From assembly GCA_012295275.1 (NCBI GenBank), contig CM022665.1:30442001-30506000 (forward strand): 64,000 nt of DNA. The letters run 5' to 3'. The notes under the pieces are model-generated. The model saw only the letters and a list, made by a program, of their open reading frames with translations, ran no database searches and was not told the DNA's origin. A program made the position numbers and the translations under genes. Numbering within the stretch: the first letter of the stretch is position 1; the number at the start of each line of letters is the position of its first letter. Below are positions 38,321 through 50,200 of this stretch, one piece after another. The DNA is from Chrysomallon squamiferum (lineage: Eukaryota > Animalia > Mollusca).

Positions 38321-39591
38321 TGTCTAAATCACTGTTGATCATTCTGGATTCATTTTTAAGTGTAGTTTTCATTGTGTCTGTTACCAAACATCACTACTTG
38401 ATTGATCTTCTTTCTCCACTCTCTATATTGAGATTCAAGTTGACAAATGAGATTAGGCAAAACATGTGAAATTCATAATTTTATAATAAAATCCAGTAGT
38501 TACTGGGGCCAATTGGAACACCATTGGTTACTGAAGTATGCAGAGATATTCAAAATTAAACCTGCATAAGCACTGACCTTATATCTTGTTAACTAAGAGA
38601 GATGCTCCATATGTCACAGGCTGCTATAATGGTTTACTGTGATCTATAGCTGGATGATAAAATGTAGCTCAGGGAAAAGAGTAAGTGACTAGAAAAGAAA
38701 ATAAACAATTGACCAGAATATTTGAGCCATTTCACTGGCTATTAGAATGTTTGTTTAGTCTACTGAAATGTAATGAACAGATGTCTAACAGGTATTTTAT
38801 ATAATGGTAATAAAAGGAAATGAATTTGCTTATATCATTCGAAGAGGTCTAGGTTATTTTTAAGTGTACATGCTTGCAGTCAGGAAAGTTAACATTCTGT
38901 TGTCTTTGGTAAACCAGTTATGACCAATGGTTCAAATGAAAAAATATTTCAAAGATACACTGAGAAATTAATCATTCCATACTACCTGCAGATCAGTCAT
39001 TGATAAAAAATACTGAGAATAGGCAGAAAGCACAGACTTCCTCAACATTTTGTAGACAGATGTAAGTTGTAATTGCCTCAAATTATAAAGACTTATGACT
39101 GCAGTCAAGTGCTGCAATACTTGAGTTTTCTTGGTCTCGTTTCAGTGGTGATAGTAACTAATTTTAGTGTTCTGTGATTTCATAAGAATTTTTTTTTAAA
39201 GTATGTTAAAATTTATATTACAAATCAGCAAATTTGTTCTTTAATCCTTGTACACGACTAACAATAATGACATTTCAATATTTGATGTGATGGCAACATA
39301 ACTGCATTCAAAACACACACCAAATGTATACTGAACATGCAATATCCAACTGACATGTTGCTGGAACAGTGTAACCTGTATTATTAACTTTAGTGATGAG
39401 AGAAAAATCAATGAGATGTAACATGTCATGGAAAATTGAAGATCACTTTCTGCTGCTGACGTGATGTAAAATAGCAGGTTTCTGTCACACACTATCATCA
39501 TCATCATCAGAGTGAGATGTACCCAACATTTACTTTTCATTTACATGACAGAATATTACTAGCTGTGTATTATTCATTTTATAACTCTTCT

Positions 39592-39627
<36 letters not shown>

Positions 39628-40990
39628 TAATATATATATAAATCCTTTAAGTAAATAAGCTGAAAGAATATAAATCTGTGGATATTTATTCTTAAAATAT
39701 TTGAAAGTTTTAATTAAAAAAAAAAAAAAAAAAGTGGAAGAAAGGCTAACTGCAGATAAATATATCAGTTCTTAATTCCATATTGGCTAATAGTAATATA
39801 CAAAAGCCTAATTTACATACTGTAATTTTAACAACCCCAACAAAGAAACCAATATATAAAAAAATACATTTAAAGAAAAGGCACAGAAATAAAATCCAAA
39901 CTCTCCAGTGTACATCACTGTCAAAAGATATCAATGAAAAGTAAAAACAGTTTATTTGTGATCTCTCTTTATTATCATAAAGAAATAACCAGATTGTAGA
40001 AATTGCATTCATGTTAATTTAATGAACCGAATACAAGTTAAAAATGAAAATCAGGCTCCATTTACATGCAGTTAACTGTTTATAATAATGACTGGTGTTT
40101 CTGCCATTCACACTGACTAGATAAAAATAAAACAGCACAATGACCTTGAGATAATAAATGAATAATTACAACAAAAGGTTATACAATTAACCATTTACAT
40201 TGTAATTTAATATTTTCCGAATGAATTTTAAATTGAGTTAAATTAAAAATTGCTGCTTTTATTACAATGACTACTGTGAAATAAACTTAATTAGAGCTCT
40301 TTATATTACAGGTTATTTAAAAATTAAAATACATGCAATTATTTAGTACTATTTGTTACCAATTATTTAACTGATACTTCTTCACATTTTCACAGAAAAA
40401 CACCCACCTACACCCACTCACAAACACACACTGATAATTTATCTAAATATTATCTTTAAAACACACTACAACATGATAAGGTGTATTAAAAAAAATAAAA
40501 ATGACAATTGGAAATTGAAAATATTTCAAACTTTCCTTTGAAATGAACCAGCATTCTATCAGTGCCCACCACGGCTACAGATAAAGTAAACTCTTGCAGA
40601 AGAGTCTCACACATTAATCATCTATTAAATTTAACCTACAGATCCTTGTGAACGAAGGCATAATTTCATAACTATTTCTTAACTGTGATAAAACATTGCA
40701 AGAAATACATACATGATACATGATACATTTCAAATAGACTCTTTACGTCTGTGTATGCTAATGCTGATTATAATTCAGCAAAAAATAAAAAGTGGAAAAA
40801 AAAACATTTTTTAAAAAAATTATTTGTTATATACTTTCTTTTCTGATCACGGGGCTTTTTATGTTACACAGAAATTTAGTTTAAACTTTGGTGAAGTATA
40901 CTGAAAAAAATGGTGGTGCTCAGTTCTTTTCACAGAAATATTTGGTCTGTAATTCAACTCAAGGACAAAAAATTCTGGTGGAAAAAGTTC

Positions 40991-40992
<2 letters not shown>

Positions 40993-41029
<37 letters not shown>
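40993..41029. repeat. (TA)n microsatellite
   Basis: Direct reading. Confidence 0.95.
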
Positions 41030-41032
<3 letters not shown>

Positions 41033-43101
41033 TAACTCAAATGCTACTAACAAATGGAATGATGTGATTATTTTGATGCTAATATATATACATTTATACC
41101 GTTACACCATCAAATAAAAAAGAAGAAAAACATGTATTAATATATTTACACATCACCCCAAAATAAATACATTAACAAATGTGTACACTTCCTCTTTCTC
41201 ATACAAAACCATTTACAGACATATCTTCATCTTCATAGTGGACATTAGTTAATCCAGATATAAAAGATGATACATTCAATTGAAGCCAAAAAAAAAAAAT
41301 CTTCAGTTGATGTTTAAATAATTTAAACTACCAATGCTACTTCATTAGAAGCAATCTGAAATACTGTTGATCTTTTACAAATTGTAAAAGGTAGATTACC
41401 TTTTTCTTTTCATTACAAAGAGCCAGCCACGTTTTTATATCAAGACCATTACACTGAACTCTTTGAGAAATTAGATTTTACATTAAATTAGTAACAATAC
41501 TTCTTTTATCAGAAAACCAGGCTTTTCACAGTGACCGACTGTAACAGATAAAAGAAAAATTTACATGCTGTAGCATCATTTGATTAGCAATACTGAGAAA
41601 ACTTTAAAAAAACAAAACAAAACAAACTAGAATAATTTTCATTAGATTTATACTGCTTGTCACATTCTCATAAAGACATAGTCAATGTTTCTACCATTTC
41701 AACAGATCCCTTGGCATCTCAGTAATATATACATATACTGATTATTTTTGGCATTAGTATTTAAACATTTTTACAGTTCTTTCAAACAACATTTTAAAAC
41801 TGGACACAAATAACGTAAAGCATATACAATTATACTGAAATAAAATAATTTAAGAGAGATTTGGGGACATTTCTTAAGTATGTGTTTATCTTCATATGTT
41901 TGGCACATAACTGAAATGCAATAATCTGTCAAATATTTTATGCAATTTTGAATGTAAAACGGACAATATTTTGAATGCCATTCTATTAAATCAAATATAT
42001 TGACCTAGCTCACTATTTAGAAAAACATAAACACACACAGAGAAATGATCACACTGAAATCAAGGCAATTTTAAGTAACATTTGACTGGAATATCTAGCA
42101 AATATCTGCACCAAGTATCCACTGTCAGAATTTATCAAATGTTGTTTATATCTGTAACACTAATTTATCTCCTAATGATACAATTTATAGAACTAAATTT
42201 ACAATAAATCAACTGCTTGAGTACCTGTAGTAACTGCTTAAGAACAGGATCTGTCGTGTATAATACCACATTTCAACAGTCCAAAATGAAGCTTGGATAT
42301 AATCTACTATAATTCCAACCCAAAGATTTACTGTTAGATGGTGATACCCATCTCAGAAGCGACCAGGTTAAACATAGTAAGTTGTGTTTTCTGTATCTCT
42401 CTCATTACATTTTTATCTCCTATTTCTCCTAACATTACAATTTATACAGCTGAATTTTATAATCAGAAGTAATTGGTGTTGTAAATTGTTTTTAATTAAT
42501 TTCTCACAGAATCATTTTACAGTTGTGTACTACAATGGCAATCAATGTATACAAACTTCAATATAGGATTTGACATGTAAATGACTAGATATCAACAGCA
42601 CCAAAGATTAAAATATAAATGATAATTTATTTCTCAAACTTTGGGGATTATCCTTGCACCCTTTAAATCTAGTCATAAAATACAAATCAATCAAGTCAGC
42701 ATTATATACAAAGTATAGGTTATATACGATGTGTTCTAAAATACCAAAATTATGTATTTGTAATAAAGCAACTAGTACTCAAAATCTTACAGTAACCAGA
42801 AAAAAAAAGAAAAAAAATTATAATAAAGATAAAAAGTATAATAAAATCTTTAACTAATATGAACAATCTACAGACTGGTGAAAAAAAGGCAGTTCTAGTT
42901 AAGTATTATGTGAATATAATAACAATATTATATGCTGCATTAGCCTGAAACCTAAACATGTTGGATGAATAAGACCCATTAACAATCATATCTAGAGTGA
43001 TTTAACAAACAAATAATTTTAAAAAATCTAAGCAGTTGATAATACTTAATATTTTGGAAAATAATTAAATCCATAAATAAAAATAACACCAATAAATTAA
43101 A

Positions 43102-43133
<32 letters not shown>

Positions 43134-44185
43134 TAAATAAATAAATAAATAAATACAAAATAAAATAATAATAATAATAATAAAAGAATAAAAAAAATGT
43201 ATTACTAAATTCACTGATATGTCAACTTTGTCCATATATAAGTTACGTTAAACAGTTATTACAATAACACTAATTGGCAATTCCATAGTGATTAAACAAG
43301 CCCCATCTTGTAATAATGACATCAAGATGTATAAGCAACTGCATTTTTATACAGAGATTAAAATATATACATTTGTACCCAAGTCTTATTGTAAAACTTA
43401 GGAGACTTGTAAAACAATAACTCATCATTCAGTTAGAATTAACTGTAACTGAACACATTGTTCATTTTGAATTAACTGCAAACAAACATATTCATTTTGA
43501 ATCATCCATAACTGATCATAACAAACTAAGACTGTGTCTTCGTCATGGATTCTCCATAATTACACAGTGTTAATAAAATGTTCTTTAGAAAACATCAGTG
43601 ATTATGAGTGAAATTAAAAAAAAAAAAAAAATGTATTTAATATGATGAATATCTCGACACATAACAAATTATGCATGAGATAATATGTATGCATGTTAAA
43701 TCCATAATGAAATGAACCTCACTCCTAATAGGGTTCTGCCCACTAATAGAATTTTATAATATAATTCATCATAATGTGTTTGTTTAAATAATATTTAATA
43801 TAAATAAAATTAGCTAAATCTGTGTAGTAATATTTAACTAACTGCAATTTTATATTAACACTATCCTCTGCTGAATATTTTTAATATTTAAACATTGTTG
43901 AACTTTAGCTTCTGTTAGTGGACTGGTGCCAGGTACTTTGTGAGGTCATTCCACAATGGGTTGTAACAAATATACTGCCATATTCATAAGATAATACTGC
44001 TCCTACACCCACTTGAAACAAAAAGAACAGTGACAAATGCACTCTCACACTCTGAACTTATCACAGGTTGTGAGACATGGTTTTTACATTTTTCTCGTCT
44101 CACATTTCTCTGTATCAATAGTAACCATAGAAAAATGAGAGAACTGCTAATCTTGGGATGACATCACAAAATGTGAGACACTGTC

Positions 44186-44286
44186 TCATACTTGACTGTG
44201 CTGTCTTGGGTGTCTGTTGTCTCTACTAGGAGGCAAGTTTTGTACATTGGGTGAGGCATTTCTTGAACCTGGACCAGGACCTGGTC
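44186..44286 (-). CDS. MIA3: TANGO1 last coding exon
   Basis: tttcag|PGPGPGSRNASPNVQNLPPSRDNRHPRQHSQV-TGA. Confidence 0.85.
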
Positions 44287-47200
44287 CTGAAAAACAAATG
44301 GTATTGATTAGTAATAAAGAACAACAAACAAATCCTAATGTAATATACAAGTCTTTATAGTTTACTGTTATTTTGACAAACTGTCTTCTATGATGACTAA
44401 CTGATCAAACCTTTATCATACAACTCTCAGCCCAAAACCCGAATATCCCCTCAAAAATTTATTTTTCAAAAAGTAAAAGAAAATGAAAGAAAGCAAAACC
44501 AGTCACAATACATAAATACATTATTAAGTTATTAATTTGTTCTTCATTTTTTTCAACATATTATCTTAAACAGTAAGTAAGTACATTTTTGTGAATTCTA
44601 AAGGTGAATACAGAAAAAAAAAAAAGACCGGATTCTTAAACACATTTACAGAAAAGCTAAAAATGACATATTTCTTAATCAAACAGAATACCAGTGGAAA
44701 TTTTTTTTTTTAAATAATAGAAAAGAACCCAGAAAATACTTACAAGTCAACATAAAAATAGAAAACTATGCAAAAATGCAGTACTTGCCTAAGCGAGGCT
44801 CCATTCCAGGGGGAGGCATTCTAGGTGCCCCAGCCCCATTAGGACTAAAAGGACCTGGTGGGCCCCGAAAACGGGACATCATTTCAGGTGGTGGAGGTCG
44901 AGGTCTGAATGGAGGGGTCCTTCTATCCAGGGGGTGGGGTGGTGGAGGTGGTCGTCTATCAAAGGGTGGAGGAGGTATTCTTTCTGGATGAGGTGATCCT
45001 CGGAAATCTGGGTCTCTGCAATACAAAAACCCACCAACGAATAAAATACCAAATTTTTTAAAAAATCAGACTAAATAAAATAATTTTAAGAAGCACACGC
45101 AATAATATAATTTAATAAATTATGCACAATAATATATAAAAAAAATCATACACAAGATCTCAAAAGATCCTAGACAATAAAATAAAATAATAAAAATCAG
45201 ACTATAAACATTTTTTGAAAACTCATACAAAATAAAGCTATAAAAATTATACAGAATATTAATATATTAAAAATATTACACCATTAAATAACTAAAATAT
45301 CTAAACAATACAGTAATTATAAAAAAATAAAACAACATACAAATAAAATTATGAAAAACCCAATAAAATAAAGTATAAAATTATATATAAAATAATAATA
45401 ATAATAAAAGACACAAGAAAAATAATTATTAAAAAAAGGTACACAAATTAAAAAGTTATTAGTTATATTGTAATTTGTGTTATACAGTTATTACTGAAAG
45501 AGATAATTTTAAAATCAACTGTTACAAACCTCATGTGTGGCAGTGGTGGCATATTGTGAACTGATGGTGATCTTTCCATTCCCACTGGAGGGGAACTAAT
45601 ATCTCTTCCTGAAGGAGAGCGTTGAAGTGGTGGAGGGGAATCAATGCCCATGTTTGGGGGTGAAGGACCTATATCCCTACCTGGTGGAAGTGGGCCCATA
45701 ACCATTCCAGGTGGAGGAAGCCCCATGCCTGGTGGGGGTGGTCGAGGGCCTAAGTCCATACCTGGTGGTGGAGGTCCATTCATAATTCCTGAAACAAATC
45801 AAAATTGCCTACAGTTATAACACATTCAGTTTGTGGGTAAATTTCATATTTTGAATAAAAAAAAAATTAAAAAAAAAGAATATAGATTTGATAATTCTAT
45901 TATTAAATTTCTTTTCTATTCAACTTGAATAAAGTGAAACTATTATCATAAAGGCACATTTCAATATGTTAAACTTTGTAAATGTGTCTTGACAAAATAC
46001 ATGACAAAATGGTTACCCAGTGGTGGCATGCCACGAGTTGGTAAAGGACGAATCAACCCTGAAGGTCCCATCCCTTCCATCTGACGTCTCTCTACATCTG
46101 TAAGCCTAGAAATAATATATATATAAATATTTTTAATAATAACAAAGATACCGAACAGCATTACTAGTAAGTAAAGCAGTATCGTTATACATCAGATAAC
46201 ACTCTGCTAACGGACATGAATCACTGACACGACAAGTATGTTTATTTGGTGGATAAAACTATACTGGTAGTTTTTGTAACTTAAGACTGAGAACTACAAT
46301 ACTTTATACAGATGATATCTAAAACAGTGATCTCTAAAGCTGTTGGTTACATCATATTCAGATTTAAAGGTAAAACAAATTATATTGAATTAAAAAAACT
46401 CCCAATATATGATATGTTATGTAAATGAACATTAACAACAACACCACCACCAATAAATAAATAAATAAATAAAAATATTAATGAGCTTCTGAAATATTAA
46501 ATACAGAATAAAAAGTTGACTGCAGATTAAAATATTTTTTTCTTTGGAAGATGATGTTGTAAAATATTATTTAAAATAATGTACACAGTGGCTATGATAT
46601 TTTCCATTCCCATGATTAAGACATAAAAGATAACAGAAAATAAACTTTGTAATAAAAAGATCTTACTTCTGCCTCATATTACGGAGTTCCAGTCTGCATT
46701 CCTTCAGTTCTCTTTCTGCTGCTCTTGCTGTCAACTGCAAATAAATTACACTGTCATTTATATTACAATATATTTCAAATAAATAATAATATTTCAGTAG
46801 GTTTTTTGATAATGGATAATATATTCATATTACCCATGTACATATGCAATATTTTTAATACTTAAAAGCAAATACAGAGTTCTCTAAATTATTTGTGATT
46901 TTCATGTTGCATGCAAGTATCCCACAATTTTGGGATAACACACAAACTTAATTTTGAGTAACTTGTGAGGTTAAAAGCAAACTAACAATACGGTCACCAC
47001 AAACATTTTTTTTATTATCTGCTGACTTGTATAGAAATAACCAAACACATTAATGAATTACCTGGTTAAGTACAAAGTAATGTTGAATTTAAAATTTAAC
47101 TTAATAGAAAAATATAAAGTAATCTAAAAATTCTGTGTTTCTAAATGTTCAAGTATTTTATTTCAGTCTATCTGTCAGTGGCACACAGAATATTTAGTGT

Positions 47201-50200
47201 TTCTGTTTAAAGCCAATTAGTTGTAAAAATTGTATGACTGTGTAAATACCTACCCAGTTTTCATGTGCCTTCTTTTCATTTGCTGCTATCTGTAAATAAA
47301 ATCATAAAACAATAAAGAAACTAATTTAAATGATCATAGTATATTATTAAATAGAAATACAAATCAGTAGCTGTCCAATGACTTTAAGGGGACATGGGTT
47401 GGTGAAATATTTAATTTTTTAATTTTTTTTAATTTGATATTATTCTTTAATTAGATTTATCAGAAATCCAGTTATACATTATAAAACAGACATTAAAAAA
47501 AATAATAATAAATAAATCTCGAGGGACCCATATTAAATCGATTTCACTGGATCTGGATCTCCATAACAGATACAACTTAAAACCTGGTTTCATATAATGG
47601 ATTACGTTGTATGGTGTAATAAAGAACATGAGTGATGGTTTTTCTATAATAAATAACTTAATAACAAGAAATATAAACCTGAAATCTGAAATCTCTCTCT
47701 GATGCTTCTATCTCCCTCTTCAAACTTTCAGCCTGAGATCTGTAAAATAAAACAAGAGTTTTAAATACTTAAGTAATTAAAATATAACATTATTTATTAT
47801 TACATTAAAGATATAAATTGATGGGATCTGAAAAGATGCAGAAAGAAAAGTTTGGTCATTAACATGCTAGGATTATAATATTAAGTACTGGATTTTTTTA
47901 TGTACAAGTCAACCACTAAATGACATGGAGTCATCATAAAACTTCAATATTGTACTGATGAGGTAAATTATTTAGAGTCTAAGAAACTCAGCTCATACAC
48001 CAAGAAATATGACAGATAACATTATCACTATATGAAACTGAGAATACCAATGTTATTTTCATTAAGATTAGTTTAAGTTTGATCATTAAACTTAAATAAT
48101 TGAAACAGAATCTCATTTTAATTTTTAAAAAAAAGAAGAAACTGTTAATATTTTCAACATTGTACTCTAATGATATGGACAAATAAAAAAATTTGAGAAA
48201 AAAGAAATAATAATCATTTAAAAAAATTAAAATGAACAATAATGAAAAACAGTTATACATTTTGTTAATTATTCTAGAACTGCTAAATTAATCAGTTTAT
48301 AATTATTTTTAATTTATAGAATTAAACGAGAAAGACAGTAATACTTGTATAGTTCAAGATCTCGTTCTATCATTTTTGTGTATTCATCTGCAGAAACAAG
48401 TTTGTTGATGTTTTCTTTTTTCAGCAATTCCTGTTCCCCTAGTTCTCTGTAATAATAAACAGAACAAAATAAGGTAAAATAAAAAAAAATAATAATAAAA
48501 AATAAATTAAGATAAGATAAGATAAAAAAAAATAAAATAAGATAAAATAAATAAATAAATAAATAAATAAAAAAAGAATAAGAATATCTAAATAAAAATA
48601 AACCAATATTCAGCATTCTGTTTCACATTGGACAGAATTAGCCAGATCTGGTTTATCAAAGTACAGCGTATAAACCATTATGAGGTGTGTATCAAAAAAG
48701 CCCTTGTATAATGGTGATAGCATGTTTTATTTATTAAATCATAATTACTCAAAACAAATAAATAAACAAAAACATCCAACAATATAGTCAATGACAAAAT
48801 ATCTGTTGAGGTGTCTTGAATCAAAGGTTCATTCCTAACAGTAAAACGTTAAAATATACACACTTTTGCATTTGAACTTCTTTCTCTTTGAAGTAGTCAG
48901 AAAGAACAGTGAGTTTGGTCTGAGCTTCTTCATTTTGTCTCTCTGCTTTCATCTTGTCTGACTGTAGCATTTCCATTTCACGACGAGATTTTTCCAGTTG
49001 ATCTAAAACAAAGAAATGCAAATAGAAACAACTATCATACTCAGAATAATCCATATATATATACAAACACACAATTAAAAATGTCAAAGTGAAAGAGAAC
49101 AGTAGAAATATTTCAAATTTTACTTTACTTTAAAAATATTAACAGAAATAAATAACTTGATTGATTTAAAACTAATAAAATGAAACAGAAAGCTTTGACA
49201 ATATATAAAAAATAGCCTACATGTAGATTATTTGTAGGTATCACCAAAGATACAGTGTAAGAGAAATAATACAGTACACACCTTCCATTTCCTTCCTAGC
49301 ATCCATTTCTATATGAAGTTTGTTTTCAAATGTATTCTTTTCTTCTTCAGCAGCTCGTAATCTTGCATTTACCTAACAGAAAACCACATAAAAATGTTTT
49401 TATCAACATATTAAAATAATACACCAGACAATAAAATAATCCCTAACATTTTAGATTTCTTAGTATAATAAAGTGAAATAGTTATACTGGAAAATCAGAA
49501 ACATTTTACTTCCTTAAGTTATTAGTTGTAACTGATACACAAATACAAAAAGCAAATCATTTATACATATATATTTTTTTTTTTTCTCTCATAATACTGA
49601 TATAAATATTTTTCCTACAAAAATAACTTACAGGTAGCAGTTATAAAATGTATGGCAGGTGCAAGTATTTCATTTTTACAATATTGTTAACAAAAAATGA
49701 AGTAATCAACTATGGATTTCTGGCAATATGGACTTTAGTAGGAAATCATACCTTGGCTACATCTATCATTGCCTGAATCTTTTCTTCAATACTAGCTTGG
49801 TTTTCTGTAGACAAAAAATAAAATAAAATAAAATAAAATAAAATAAAATAAAATAAAATAAAATAAAATAAAATAAAATAAAATAAAATAAAATAAAATA
49901 AAATAAAATAAAATAAAATAAAATAAAATAAAAATAAAATAAAATAAAATAAAATAATAATGAAGAAACTAAACCCATTCTTAAGTGAAAAAAATAAATA
50001 TTATGTTGACATACTGTCAAAACAAACAATGGATTTTGAAGACGTACTTCTATGATTTTGTTTAACATACTATGAAACCAGAATAAATTTTCTAATTCAC
50101 ATCATTAACATTTCTAAATTTAAAAAGAAAAAGGAAATTATTCTAATGGTTCATGAAAAGTCATGTAATTTGATAAATCTATAGTTAATAAATATCTTTC

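Noticed and set aside
37400-44185. Exact TANGO1 poly(A) site or an additional gene in this interval
   Set aside because: Many AATAAA-like hexamers occur in AT-rich sequence and there are no convincing exons; cannot be resolved from sequence alone
44097-44188. SECIS element recoding the UGA as selenocysteine
   Set aside because: GUGAU...UGAU is present, but helix II does not pair, the AA spacing is wrong and the element is too close to the UGA
44170-44195. Iron-responsive element (CAGUG loop right after the TANGO1 stop)
   Set aside because: The stem closes a 5-nt loop rather than CAGUGN, and there is no bulged C five bases 5' of the loop
44776-44991. Gly-rich plus-strand ORF and G-quadruplex-like runs
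   Set aside because: Simply the antisense of the proline codons of TANGO1
47393-47640. Kolobok-like element starting ttaagggga (also actgtacctttaa near 1397-1408)
   Set aside because: I could not find a matching opposite terminus or target duplication
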